From Lytechinus pictus (lineage: Eukaryota), in contig NC_087252.1 in assembly GCF_037042905.1 (NCBI RefSeq), positions 17,672,001 to 17,736,000 on the forward strand: a stretch of DNA of 64,000 nucleotides, in the 5' to 3' direction. Below the pieces are notes generated by a model. The model saw only the letters and a list, made by a program, of their open reading frames with translations, searched no databases and was not told the origin of the DNA. Position numbers and translations under genes: made by a program. Position 1 is the stretch's first letter; each line of letters begins with the position of its first letter. Below are positions 27,626 through 41,030 of this stretch, piece after piece.

Positions 27626-28898
27626 ACCACTGTTAATGTTATTTTGTATATCTAGTATTACTCATTTTGAAATTTCCTTCACATGTTTTATATTTATTTG
27701 TCTCTGATTCGGATATACAAACTATCGAACAAACAAGTACCAACTAAAATGATTAAATACAACAGGACTTATTTGTAGGTAACATAATTGATTCCCTTAT
27801 TTGCATACCGATCAGGCCGTTGTGGTTTATTGTTTTCTGATATTAAGCGAGACTTTAACTAGCATAACAATAACTTTAATTTTCTACATTATCACTGTTT
27901 TCATTGGGCAGTTGGGTTAATAAGAAGGTGTTTTTTTTAAGCTGACGTTGCCAACGTGAATTGTTTCACAGACCCATGCCACGTTGATGTATTATTTATG
28001 AAGTTAATATGATGTATCATTTATGAAGTTATGATGTAATGAAATTTATGAAGCCAGTTTAGTTTGATTTCACTGAAAGAAGCAATAAAATAATAATTTA
28101 ATATATATATATATCTTTTTTTTTTTTTTTTTTTTTTATGGAAATTTGCTTTTCATAATTAAGTGATAACTTATTTTTTCTTTTCAAATTCTTCCTGGAA
28201 CAAAATCATGTCCATTGTGTAGTGATGACCTTTTTTGCTTGTCAATTATTTTCTAGCAAATAATGACCTCAATTTTTAATGGAATACCCTTTTCTTGCTT
28301 GTAAAATTATTCCTGTAACAATATGCCTCCCTGGAAAATCCTGGATCCACCCCTAATTTTGACACCTCTTTAAATAATCATTTCAGTAGAAGATATATTT
28401 TCTCATTTTTCTTTCTTTTTACCTCAGTCGACATCATAATACAGAAAGGGCTAGCTACGGTCTAGTGTGAGGATTGAGTAATAGAAAGTAGATCCAAGTT
28501 CTTCGCTTTGGTTCGCGTTGAGAATAACGATGGAGAGGGTCGTAGCGGAGGAGGTGCGGGTGTTATATCAAGACAAACGTAACATATGAGAGAAGTCAAG
28601 ACTTTGAAGACAAACTCATTAGAATTGATGTGGATTGAATTCCAACTGAGAAATCATAGACTGTACCTTCTAGGAATAGTGTGCAGATAAACAAGAGCTG
28701 CCTTCCATTGTACAAAAAAAAAAAAAGACAAATTTGATTTGCATATTTTTGGTTCAATATATATTACAGATTTTTTTTACCGTTGATATACTAATTGCAG
28801 TTTGAAATACTATAAGAATAAGTTCTATGCATTTGCTAGATATTTAGAGTCTTGTGCTAATTAAAAACAAAAACAAAACTTCAAAGGTAACAATAATT

Positions 28899-30773
28899 AT
28901 GGCGACACTTGAGCACACCGTTTCGCAAAATCTAAAGTGTCCGGTTTGTTTTGATTTGCTTACTGATCCAAAACAACTGTCATGTACACATACGTTTTGT
29001 AAAAAATGTATTCGAGATATTCTGGCGTTCTCTTTACTTGAAAATATTTTGTCGTGTCCAATATGTAGAAATACTACAACTGTCGCGAATGGCGATGTTG
29101 CAAACCTTAAAACTAACATTCCTGTTAAGTCACTTGTTGACGGCGTCAGGAATAGTAAACAGCTCTGTGACATGTGTGACATGCAATCGAGAGCCGCACA
29201 CTTCTGTTGCGATTGTGGTAAGAATATGTGTAACGCATGTCTGCAAGATCATAACAACTGGAACCCTAATCTTAAACACAAAGTAGTGAGTGTTGAGGAC
29301 ATCAGGGAGGGTAACGTAGTCTTAGAGAAGAAGTTATATTGTCGAGAAAAGATACATAAAACTGAGAAGTATGAATGCACTGATGTATGCACGACTTGTA
29401 AGAAGCTCATTTGTATGAGATGTCGCATGCTCTACCACACTCCGGAGAAAGGCCATTGTGTTAAAGATGCCGGGGAGTACACCGCCTCCATCAAAAATAG
29501 AGTTGAAACCCTACAGTCACGTGGTAAAACTAAAACTAAAACAGTCAAGAATCACATGACTTGTATTGATCATCAAATCAAACGCGTCAACTATCACATT
29601 GATGGGGAAAAGGCAAAAAACAGCAGGATTTGCGAAGAAGCTATCAATAAAATAACAGAGAGTAATGCTACCTTGAACAAGCAACTCGATGACCAGAAAG
29701 AAAAATTAGTTAGGAGTTTAAATAATATGAAAATTGATAATCAAAGGTTAGTTAAGAGTATTGAGAGTGCGAGTGATTTGTTGAGTAATAGTTTGAAAGG
29801 CCGAATAGAAGGAGATGCTGCAGCAATTTGTGATTCATTGTCTTTTGAATTGAATAATGTATTAGATAGGGATAATCCAAAGAAGAAGGTTGCTATTGAT
29901 GTCGGCGATCATGCAGAGGAACTGACGTTTACACCAAGCTGCGATCCTGATACATTATCAATGGGGGAACTGAGGTTTGTGAAATGTAAGCCGAAATGCA
30001 ATGCAGCACTCTCAAAGAAGGACGCTATGAATGGCATAGCTGCTACCAATAATGGTATGGTAGCAGTTGGTTATAGCGAAGGGGGAATCTATATCTTCTC
30101 TCCTAATTGTCAGCTTCAGAAGGCAGTGATCAAAGACGTATGGATCGTGGACGTAGGATTCCTCTCTGATGGTTGTTATGCTGTACGTGATAGATATAAC
30201 AAGATGGCATTGTACACATCAAATGAAGAGAGACAGGATGTGACATTCGATACTCTAGGTAAGAGTGAAGGTGGAACAGGTGGTCTCGCCGTTGACAGCA
30301 ATGATCTGATCTATGTTAGCTACAGGAAAGCTAAGAAGATCCAGGTATTCTCACCATCAGGTGGCAAGGCTATGAGGGTGATACCATGCGATGGGTATGA
30401 ACCAAAGCAAATCACATGTTATGGTGATTCATTGATCGTTAAGCAGGATGACACTCAGATAGCACGTATTAATAAAAAGGGTGTTATAATGTATCAATTA
30501 TTACGTAAACCTCTGGAAATACGCCTCTTTGCCGCTGTGAGTAAGGACAACACAATCCTGATTTCCTCTGTAAGATTCGAGGAAGGTCTGCTCAATATCG
30601 ATGAGTATACCGGTGAGCTCAAACACATTAGGAGTCTTATATCTGATTACAAGATTGAAAAACCTGATAGGCATTGGTATTACCTTCAACAGTTTCAATC
30701 AGGAGAGATAGCTTTCTGTACACCTAATAGGCTCTATGTATTCAACCTAGTTACTAGTAAAGTTACCTCGTAA
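28899..30773 (+). CDS. TRIM E3 ubiquitin ligase, TRIM56/TRIM-NHL-like (RING, B-box1, B-box2, coiled coil, beta-propeller), single coding exon, paralog A
   Basis: Uninterrupted ORF. C3HC4 RING (CPVC..CTHTFCKKC..CPIC), B-box1 (CDMC..CCDC..CNAC..H..H), B-box2 (C..H..CTTC..CMRC..H..H), heptad-rich helix, NHL-like blades (GLAVDSNDLIYVS, IQVFSPSG). Start set at ATG 28899 (MATLEH) to match the paralog. Confidence 0.93.
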   Translation: MATLEHTVSQNLKCPVCFDLLTDPKQLSCTHTFCKKCIRDILAFSLLENILSCPICRNTTTVANGDVANLKTNIPVKSLVDGVRNSKQLCDMCDMQSRAAHFCCDCGKNMCNACLQDHNNWNPNLKHKVVSVEDIREGNVVLEKKLYCREKIHKTEKYECTDVCTTCKKLICMRCRMLYHTPEKGHCVKDAGEYTASIKNRVETLQSRGKTKTKTVKNHMTCIDHQIKRVNYHIDGEKAKNSRICEEAINKITESNATLNKQLDDQKEKLVRSLNNMKIDNQRLVKSIESASDLLSNSLKGRIEGDAAAICDSLSFELNNVLDRDNPKKKVAIDVGDHAEELTFTPSCDPDTLSMGELRFVKCKPKCNAALSKKDAMNGIAATNNGMVAVGYSEGGIYIFSPNCQLQKAVIKDVWIVDVGFLSDGCYAVRDRYNKMALYTSNEERQDVTFDTLGKSEGGTGGLAVDSNDLIYVSYRKAKKIQVFSPSGGKAMRVIPCDGYEPKQITCYGDSLIVKQDDTQIARINKKGVIMYQLLRKPLEIRLFAAVSKDNTILISSVRFEEGLLNIDEYTGELKHIRSLISDYKIEKPDRHWYYLQQFQSGEIAFCTPNRLYVFNLVTSKVTS

Positions 30774-31001
30774 GAATATTATGTTTCGACCTTCAAGAGC
30801 CAATCAATTTCCTACTTTACAAATTCTTAAATTCACCAGTTTCAATGCTAATCTTGGTATTTATGTTTCATTAATGTCAAAACAATAGAATAGTAAAAGG
30901 CAAAAGTACATTATATACAATTGTTATTACATACAGAGGAGAGTAATTGAAACATGAGACTCTACAAAGGTTGAAAAAGAATTAAACTTCAGTTGAAGAA
31001 G

Positions 31002-31420
31002 AATCAAGGTACTGCTAGATTATTCGTGTTTCTGATTTCGAAAAGGAAAAGGGAAACAAGGAGGCGCGCTCAATTGTCTGTTTCGTGAAGGTGAAGCAGA
31101 AAAAGGGAAAAATTTATTTCAATTCAATGTTATGTTTCGTGAACGCGAAACAAAAAGAGGAAACGAAACTTTCAATTCAATTTTGTGTTTTCAAAAGGAA
31201 AAAATAAAAATTATAATATGTAAAGAAAAAGTCAAACGGAAGAATGAACCGTTTTTTCTGTTTTCTTGTTTTTACATCTTTCATTCTTGAATCAAAATAT
31301 TAAAAAATTACCGTTTTTTGTTTTAAATATCGAAAATAGAATCAATTTTAAAGAACTATTTCGTTTTTGCTTTTTCCGTTTCGAAATCAGAAAAACAAAT
31401 TATCTAACGGTACCTTGATT
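31002..31420. mobile_element. MITE about 230 bp downstream of the paralog A stop codon
   Basis: TIR aatcaaggtac..tagat..tttctgatttcgaaa / tttcgaaatcagaaa..atcta..gtaccttgatt; absent at the paralogous site near 46460. Confidence 0.8.
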
Positions 31421-34411
31421 AAAAGCTCTGTCCAAAGCTGCACCCCAACTGTATCTTGTTTAACATAGTTTCATGCATGTCAGGTTAGGTGTTACGTAAT
31501 TTCCACTTCTATCATTACCATTCTTAAAGTAACACAGTTTGAGGGCTTTCCTTGAAACTCCATTTTTAGTAGAAATTAATGTAACAAAATGATGTTGCCT
31601 TTTTTCTTTCCATCAAAATATCATTTTACATACCCTTATTTAGAAAAAATATGTTAAAGCATAAATACAATTTCATGTGAATGACACCACGCAAAATTGA
31701 AAAGTGGAACAAAGCAGATTACATTGATTATTCAGAAATGATTAAAACCTATATTTCCATAGTTTACTTTCTTGATGAAGAATATTCTATGACATAAACG
31801 ACTGATGTTGACAACGTGACCAGTAATGGTTCTGGTCCCATATAGTGGGCCTACGGAAAAAAACCTTTGTTGAGAATGGTAATTAATAAATACAAGTCCT
31901 AATAGTTATATGTAATTGTAGGTGTATGTGTGAGGAAAAATTTAAGACTTACAAAAAAATCAAAAGCAATGATTAATCGCAATAACAGTTTAATCTAATG
32001 ATAAACAATCAATCGACCAATATCAGATCAATTCGGCCTAAAATTCGGATGTTGGAAAATCCTGGCGAAAGTTTGCCTCTTACCTGGCTTAACATAGACC
32101 CAATATTGACAGAAGTGAGTCGATAGACATGATGCATGTGACGTGATAACGGTGGATTCCAAGCTGGAGAGTAACATATATATTTTTATTCATTCTTTAT
32201 CATTATGATTTGGTTCGTATGACAATACTGATGAGATTATTATAAATTTTAATATAAGAAATGCATGCATATGATGCAGATTTACATCAACCGAATAGAA
32301 AGATGGTGCCTATTACTTTTGTTGGTGTTATATACTCTACTTGGATGCTATGGTATGTTCACGATTTCGATGCATTTATCAGTTTGTTCATGATAATTTC
32401 CATTACATATCCCTTTTTTGTTTTCGATATTATTAGTAACATAAATATAAATTAATGAGCGATGACAACAAACATACATGTCGAATTCGATGTCAATACA
32501 AATGGAAATCATAAGAACCACAATTCAATTCATAGCATCGCAAATTGGGAATAACCTTCATCAAAATGTAAAACCGAAATGTACAGTCATTTTGTTCACA
32601 GCTAACAAAAGAAAGGAGAAATATAGGCCTATAAATGTATATACACATTTCGTTTATTTTGTCATAACGTTTATTACACTTATGAATTGTATTTAGTTGT
32701 AAATTCGTTTTATTTCAGATTGCTCAATCGAAGGGGAAAATGTTCATCGTAATAAAATTATACTGATTTTTTTTTTCTTAAAGTGCATTGTTTTAAATTT
32801 GATCACATGTAACGCATTAAGTGTGTTCATATTGTAAAAAAGCTGAACAAAAGTTATACATACCACTAAACCCTTTCTATTTCCGCAGTCATTTCACCAA
32901 ACAAATAAAAAAACAAAAAAATTTTCATTTGCATTGTATATTATTTGGTCTCATTCTTTCATTTAATCATAAAACTAGTTATTCGAATTCATTAAGACCA
33001 ATCAAACGTTTCAAACAGACTTGTAGATGGAAAATTGAAACAGTGCCCTTCCATCTTTGTGTTCAAACACATGCTAAAGTCCCATTTTATACATTATTTA
33101 TTTATATATATATATTACAAGTGGTGTCCATTTCGTGAAGTTTTGTATAAAATTTTAACCAACTGTTGTATTTGTTTTTTTTTGTCATTTTATATAGCAT
33201 TTATAAAAAGTATTATTATTAACAGGAGACCGACGAAAGAAAAGCTTGTAAAAACGCTACCAATGAAATTAGACGATCTTAAAAGCAGTTGATTTCAATA
33301 CAAACGATTTAAAAGGGAAATAATAGTGAGAGCAAACGTAGAACAAACATGGAAATGGTAAAAATAAATGGATTCAAGGGGATGCATGGTCATAACAAAT
33401 TTAAAGATAATAAAACATGTATCAGGAAGGTAATGGGGCTTCCAAAACAATGAATAAGAGAAATGAAAATGAAAAGAAAAAAGAAAGAAGGACATAAGTG
33501 GGATGAAATAAAGGGGGAAAGAAAATGAGTTATAAGATTGTTGCCAAAAGTGCTCAGTATGGCCTTGAAAGAGATTTTTCTTGGCTGGACAAATAGAAAT
33601 TTTGAAAGAAAAAATTTAGGAATATTTCACGAGTTATTCCTTAATAGTCATCTTATCACGCTATCACAATACTTTGTTTCTAGTTTAGGTACTATTATTC
33701 TTTCTTGTCGTGCAATTATTTAACTCTTATCCAAACATATTGACATTTCATTTTTAAGAGTGATTATTTATTTATCCTAAATTCAAAGAGTGATATTGGA
33801 GGTCATTGTCACCTCATTTTATCCTGAATTAGTTTCATAACAAGTCTTTATCGATTATTTTAATCTTTTCATGCATAATCATGATCGTGGTTGCGTCAGT
33901 ATCAAGTGGATTTGACATACCAATTTCCTTACTTACGCTCAATATTTACAGCCTGAGCTTTTAGTACGGCTATTTTTATGTATTATTTTGCTTTTTAACC
34001 TAGGCGTTGTGTTATAACTGAATGCATACCAATTAAAGATGTACTTTTTGTCTTTGTTATCTTTTCACCTGAATCCAACAAGCCCAATATACAATCGGTA
34101 TATATGTATATATTGTGTATGATTATGTGTGTATATGTATATTATATGCACACACATATACATAATATATATACACACGATTTGAACATTACCAATTAAG
34201 GATATGAATTCTTTGTCAGTGTATTAAAAAAAAAATACATAATGTTGGTGTTAAAGTGAAATGTGTCTAAATTCAAAGAAATAGAATGATTTTTTATGAG
34301 GTGTAAAAAAACATAATTTTGTTTGAATTTGAGGTAACTCGAGGCGGCAAACGTTGTAATGGAGGAATTCATAATTTACTCGAAATATAATACTATAGGA
34401 CGATGGGTAAT

Positions 34412-34510
34412 TATAATAATAATAATAATAATAATAATACCATGATTTATAAAGCGCCTTTTGCCTGATACAAAGTACTGCTATTATTACCCCGACTTTA
34501 GCTCGAGCTA
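34412..34510 (-). mobile_element. SINE 3' tail fragment
   Basis: (AAT)n followed by ttataaagcgcc..attattacccc, resembling the other SINE tails; not in units 1 or 3. Confidence 0.55.
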
Positions 34511-34861
34511 ATTATTCGTTGTTAAAGTGATACGTAAATGATTGAACTTATAAATGTTATGTAATTTTATTAATAAAAAAGAGAATAAAGAATGCAGTTT
34601 TGATGTTTTGATTATAATTCGCATAGACCCCGTTTCTATCTGATATGACGGGCTTTTTTCAATGCTAGAATAACGGCAATTCAAGCAGGCTAGATATACA
34701 TGTAATGTAGGGTATATAGTAATGATTTAATTTCATTATATTTTACGTTCACTACAACATCAATATTATCTTTAATCGTGTCAAAAAAAAGAAACAAAAA
34801 ATATTCTAGCTACCTGGTGTAACTCAATGTAATCTACCAAAATCCGACGAGGTATAGGTCG

Positions 34862-34866
<5 letters not shown>

Positions 34867-34935
<69 letters not shown>

Positions 34936-34945
34936 ATTATTATTA
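34867..34945. repeat. (TA)n/(TTA)n microsatellite
   Basis: Seen directly. Confidence 0.95.
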
Positions 34946-35490
34946 TATATTTGTAAATAATGTACCAGTCCCATCTCTCTTAGCAATTGAACCATAATCA
35001 GAATTAACTAACTGACAAAGAAAGGTGATGTATGATAACAGATTACTTTCATCTTCGTGCATATTCAATGAAGATTAATTCGACGATCTATGCAAGTCGC
35101 TGATATACAAAATACAACACAGAGGGGAAAGAATGGAGCCCTGCGGGATTCCACAGTTTGTATTTCCCAGTACTTGCACGTGATTTGCATAATTGCATAC
35201 TTAGGTTGCTAATCCATTTTTTCTTAGATAATAAATCATTTGTTCCTTCTGACAAACTCTGCATTCGCATTCATTTAGAAAGTGTAGCTGCAACGAAAGA
35301 TTAGGATTGATTTTCTATTTTGTCGTAGTGATGTTAGGTCAAGATGCTGAACGTGCGTGATGTTCAGAGTTATGCATACTATTTATGTCATTTATGTGGC
35401 TTGTGGACATGAAAATGGTTCTGATAATTGTGATATTGGTGACGGTGTTTATGATGGCGACCATGCTGAAGGACTAATGACAAGAGCTAA

Positions 35491-36014
35491 ACACTGCTAA
35501 AACGCTAATGTTAATGTAATACCTCCCTGGCATCTATTTTGGTCCACACCAGAGAGGTATTGAAACAAATCCGGTTTGGCGTTTGGTTAACACCAATTTG
35601 GCATTTAAGCAACAGCAATTAGTGGAGCGTTGTGGCCCAGTTGATTAGTCTTCGGACTTTGAAACAGAGGGTCGTGGGTTCGAATCCAAGCCATGGCGTA
35701 ATTTCTTTCAGCAAGAAACTTATCCACAGTGTGCTGCACTCAACCCAGGTGAGGTAAATGGGTACCGGTAGGAAGTAATTCCTTAAAAAGCTGTGTGCGC
35801 TATGAACGCCTAGCTTAGCCGGGTAATATAGGAGCGCCTTGAGCACCTAACAAGGTGGATATGTGCGCAATATAAATACCCTATATTATTATAATTAGTG
35901 TTAAACCAATATCGGTTTGATTCTTTAGTAGTCACATTGTTTCAACGCTTCTCTGCTTTGGACCGATATAGGTACCGGGCCGGTGTTAAATCAACACCGG
36001 TGTTTTTGCAGTGT
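35491..36014. mobile_element. CACTG-terminal MITE interrupted by a SINE
   Basis: acactgctaaaac ... gtttttgcagtgt, with imperfect inverted arms. Confidence 0.6.
35625..35892 (+). mobile_element. Full-length tRNA(Gln)-headed SINE with Nin/Deu-like core and (ATT)n tail
   Basis: Box A tggcccagttgg-like, anticodon loop ctttgaa, box B ggttcgaatcc, core cactcaacccaggtg..aaatgggtaccgg; TSD aattagtg (35617-35624, 35893-35900). Confidence 0.9.
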
Positions 36015-36550
36015 AATAATGATGATAATGATAATAAGTATATAGATAGTAGTGGTAGTATCGATGGTCGTGGTGATGACGATAGCAATGATGGTGATTG
36101 AGGTGATGATGGAGAATAAGCTGATAGTGAAAATGTTGGTGATGTTGATGGTAATAGTGATATAATTGTAGATGATAGTGAAATACACTGTAGTTCTGAT
36201 GTTGATGATGGTAATGATGATGATTAAAGTAATATGAGATGATTATAGTAATAATGGTGATGTAAATGATAGTGAAGATGTTGATGATGGTAATGGTGAT
36301 AATGTAGATGATAATGAAATGGTTCTGATGTTGATGATGGTAATGATGGTGATGGAGATAATAGAAAAGATGGTGGCAATGTCGATGATGGTAATGATGA
36401 TGATGAAGATAAAGTGACGATGGTGGTGATGTTGATGATGGTAATGGTGATGATGGAGATGATAGTTAAAATCCTGGTGATATTGATGATGGTGTCATTG
36501 TGATGGAGCTGATCGAGAATATGGTGATGTGATATTGAAGATATTACTGG
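36015..36550. repeat. (GAT)n low-complexity tract
   Basis: Seen directly. Confidence 0.9.
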
Positions 36551-39500
36551 TAATGTTTCCCGTTCTGTGTGTGTGTGGGGGGGGGGAGGGGGGCTGAAAT
36601 AGTGCGAGCCGATGTTAGGTGGTGTATATACCTGGCATAATGTGTCCGACAAGGTATGAGGAACGGGATGAGAGGAGGAGGAGGGATAGGGGACAGAGAT
36701 GGGACGTTCAAAATTATGCATGGGATGTCAATTTTATTCAGCTATACAAGGAGCTGGGACATTTTTTTTTCATGTTTTGGCAGGAGGCCAGGTCAGATGG
36801 CCTACTGTTATGTTGAAAATGTTGTGAACATTAAACATAGCTTCCGTTCTGGTAAGCGAAGGCAGGAAGGAAGCCAACCAAAAAGTTTCCTCTCAATGAC
36901 AGTTACAAATCATGGATTTTCTTTCTACCGTTCTGAGTAGTTACATTTTTGTATAAGTCAATGTTGAAGGGTTTTCCAGGCTGAGATTAAGGTAATTTGA
37001 ATAGCCAGATTAATTCCAAAAAAGAGCAAAAACTCTAACAAGTATTAAATCAGGTAACGAAAGACGAAGATAATAATGGCGTTAAAAAATTACATTAATC
37101 TGGTGAAATAATTACGATTTAATATAATGACATAAAAGGGTAAGTTCGGATTTGAGATCATCAGCCCAATTTGAAAATCCATGAAATCACGCAAAAAAAG
37201 TGTTTTACGAAAAATATGGAAGTGTATATTAAAAGTTACGTGTAAGTTTGTTTACTTTTACCGGATAGTTAATGACAATTAAATATTTTGATTGTGTAAT
37301 CCTTGATTTTCAGCCTTTCATACCCCTTCAAATTTGGCGTCAGTTCGTTTTGGGAAGAGCGGAAGAGGATATGAACTTTATCAATGATTTGTCTTAAAAT
37401 TAATACGTAAGTACATACAAACACCCCACCCCCTTTCTCTCCCACCGCTGATTTCGAAGGAAGGTTAAAAAGGAGCTTTAAAACAACAATTTTTCTTGGA
37501 GATGTTTAAATGACCATTTCTAATTAAAAGTCAGTATTATTAGATTGTTGTTTGTGACATTTCAGAATTCACTCTCTCTCCTGATTAATAACCATATATC
37601 AATTTTATTTAAAAATGCAGTGAAAACGCCAGTAAAATATGTGTATACCCTTAGCATGACATTGTGCATGTATCGTCAATTTCTAAAATACAGGACGGAT
37701 GTTAATACAATACAAAACTTGTTCGGGGCAGGACTACAAAATTCTCTGAAATCAATATTGGCATTGCACATGCATCATTCAACGGTGATGCAGATTTCTG
37801 AATGGTTTTATTAGGAAGCAAAGTGACATGCTAAGCTAGTGAGCCTGCTGAAGATTTCTTAAGTGGGAATGTTAGTAGCCCTGAGAGACATATTTCAAAT
37901 TTTATAATTTCACTCCTCCAATCTCACTGTCGAAAACTAAAAAAGTTCCCTCCTAATAACCATCTCTCTTTCTAGTCTCTTCAACGAAAACTAACCACTA
38001 GAAAAAGGTTTTCTTATGGATCAAATCAAGGAACTTTGCACTATTTCTGCCGACGAAACTGTACCTCTTTGAACTGTTAGCAAGGAGTTACCAGTAGCTC
38101 CTTTGTATAAGCAGGGAAGTGCATTGCAGATATTTTTTGGACACCGAGTTGAAATATTCAACTTGAAATAATTATTTTTGTCATTTCTGATGATGTCGAG
38201 AACAAGGATCAAAGCTAACAAGATAGACTTGTCATCGTACATACAAGAATACTAAGAAGCTTTCGCAACTGGAATGGGGACGGATTTAAGAACACAGCGA
38301 AATCAATGACAATTTCCGTCAAATGGCAAAGTATGGTTGGAAGGTCATTGTACAGGTGACTGCTGTTGATCTCCGCCACACATTAGAGGAAGAAAAATAA
38401 TAAGAAGAACTTAAAAGAAAAAGAAGCAGTGATTGAAATTTTAAAAAGGATGCAAACTAAGTTGTTTGTCAAAAATCCAGGACGAAACTTTTTTGTTTCA
38501 TTCAACAATTTCGACCGAGACTTGATTGTCATTAATGGTGTTTCACAATACATTATTTATGTTCTTGAATTCGTCGTGCGTCGTAGAATCGAAACTCCCT
38601 ACTGTAGACATTCAACTACCTATAGGCTTACTTCCAAATCAACTACTATCAGGGCGTAGAATTTTGAAGTAAATTGTATACATTTTCCATTAACAATATA
38701 TATAAAATAATACGATTGAAATTAATGAATGATATAAGGATGATAGCCCTACTCAGCGGCATTAATTACGGTGATGCTGGTGTACAGAGGGGGACTCTGG
38801 AATAAACCCAAAACCGTTCTTTGTCTTCCACCAAGGTGACCGAAAAACAAACTTACAAAAATACTACATGACTTGCACTGCGCTGCTAGTAAACGAATCC
38901 GAATAAAAAGAAAGTGCGTGAGGAATTAGGCTCTGATTGCGGCTACACAGTGCTCGTTCAGGAAGCATTATATATATAAAGTCAGCACTAATAGTAGAAC
39001 CTGTAGCCCACTTGTAGGAAACATTTCGTAGAAAGAGTTTGAATCTCGTCAGTTTGACGCAGACAAATCCAAGATAAGATCCCAACGTCGGAAGTTTAAA
39101 TAGAGAATTCAGTGCAGATATTGACGACGCTTGTCAATACACAAGCCGAACCTGCTTTTTTCTTCTGCGGCTGTGAGATCCCGAACAAAAAACTAACGAC
39201 GAAAGGGTCATAGATTCGAATTGGCGCTGTTTCTAACATTTATTACATTATGCGTAGGCTAAGCTCCAAATGTTGCAGTGGTGAGACGACTGGACAATGT
39301 CATCTGGCTCGCGCAGGAGGACACAAAGAAACATAATTGGTAAGTTCGCAAACTATCACACTAGAAATGAAGCGTACCAAGCCTTGGGATAACATTACAT
39401 TATGTTGTAATTGGTAATAACGAGAGAAGTTCCAAAATCAAAATCCATGAATATCTGACGAAGAAAGATTTGAACCTGTTAGAACACTCAAGGAAGTAAA

Positions 39501-40789
39501 ACGCGATTTCATTTCAAAAATTTGTACCGAGGATGGTAAGATAATCGAGAAGAATGTCATTGATGACCTTGATACCACAACAATAATGTTCAGACACTCA
39601 CTTTGTTATCAGAGGGTCGCATAGGCGACACTACAAACTTGAGCGTTAGGGCGACACATTACCTCCTCCGGGCTTCTCAGCGAATATATACAGAAAGATC
39701 TTCTCATACAAAAAAAAATCGGGCGTTCTGAGCAGATGTTGGGATCATTTTTGACACCTGTAATTACCATGATGACAACTATAATGTAAAGATTCTATCG
39801 CCAATATTTTGACCAACAAACAGAGTGCGTGATCAGAAACCTCCCTGTATACATTTTAACGGTTGTATAAATACACTTGACGGTAGACTGAACTACTCAA
39901 CTTAAAAAATAATATTCATTCCAACTTCATAGAATAGGCTTAATAGTCTGATGCATCATTGTATTTGAATGATGCTGGAAGTTTTGAATACATTACCAAA
40001 CTATTCATAAATCATGTCAAGAAGTGGGTGGAGCTTGGATGTGTTTAAAATCTAGTTAAGTGGACATATAACGAAATATATTATAGTATTTATGACTTAT
40101 ATTTTTCTATCGACCCTTTAGAAACGTTTTTCGAAGTCTTGTACATATACTTTGTATGTGATTTATAGGCAGTCAAAGAGACATATTCTGTACGAAGTCT
40201 TAATGAAATTTTACATGTGTTTTTTTCGTGAACTTAATTATTGTTTTTCTACCTTTGGACTATAATTTGGACCTGTAGTCTGAAATTAAATCGTGCATTT
40301 ACCATCTCGATTTTTAGTTGCCTTTCTTAGTTTTTCTCTCCACCCAATTGTTTGTGTTTGTTCGGGTGGTTGTTTGTTTTTAGATCATGTATCCGTCAAT
40401 CATACACAAACTGAACAGTCGTTTGCACAATATAAGCACTTTCTACACGACACAAATATTGTTAAAATTTACTCGTTTACCGTACACAGGTAGCTGGTAG
40501 GACAAAAGAAAAGTACAATAACTTCATTGCATAATTCATTGCGTTACATGATAAATATATTACAACTTAAAATGATGTTCAATGAAAATTGACTCATTAT
40601 AAGTTGAAAACACTAAAAAATAAATCAACCCAATGATGATAACCAACGGAACTTCACGCGAGAAAATGTTGCAACATCCGTTATAAGGTGGGGATTCCCA
40701 AATATGTATCATTCATCGTGAATATACATGTATCAAGATACTAAATATTTCAAACTAAATTGTACTGCTTCTAGGACTATTTTGACATC

Positions 40790-41030
40790 ACTACTACTAC
40801 TACTTCTACTGCTGCTTCTACTGCTACTAATGCTACTACTATTACTACTACTACTACTACAAATAATAATAATAATAATAATGACATTAATGCTACTATT
40901 ACTAAAACACCCGCTACTTCTTATACTATTAATAGTATTAATACTACTTCAGCAACAAAAATACATTAACATCAAATAACATTACCACTGCTTCTACTAC
41001 TAATATTACTACTACTACTACTACTACAAC
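40790..41030. repeat. (CTA)n/(AAT)n low-complexity tract
   Basis: Seen directly. Confidence 0.9.

Larger units (their letters stand above)
30774..34730 (+). repeat. Segmental duplication unit 2, 3' flank of TRIM paralog A
   Basis: Collinear homology with 46173-50400 and with unit 1. Confidence 0.9.

Noticed and set aside
28854..28898. 15-aa N-terminal extension of TRIM paralog A in the ORF track
   Set aside because: It starts at a non-ATG codon and has no counterpart in paralog B.
35625..35695. tRNA-Gln gene (also 49775-49846)
   Set aside because: The acceptor stem is poor and the sequence runs into a SINE core, tail and TSD; it is a SINE head.
17146..40979. Ile-, Met/Val-, His- and Leu-rich ORFs (17146, 21422, 21486, 35991, 36224, 40728)
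   Set aside because: Translations of trinucleotide low-complexity tracts.
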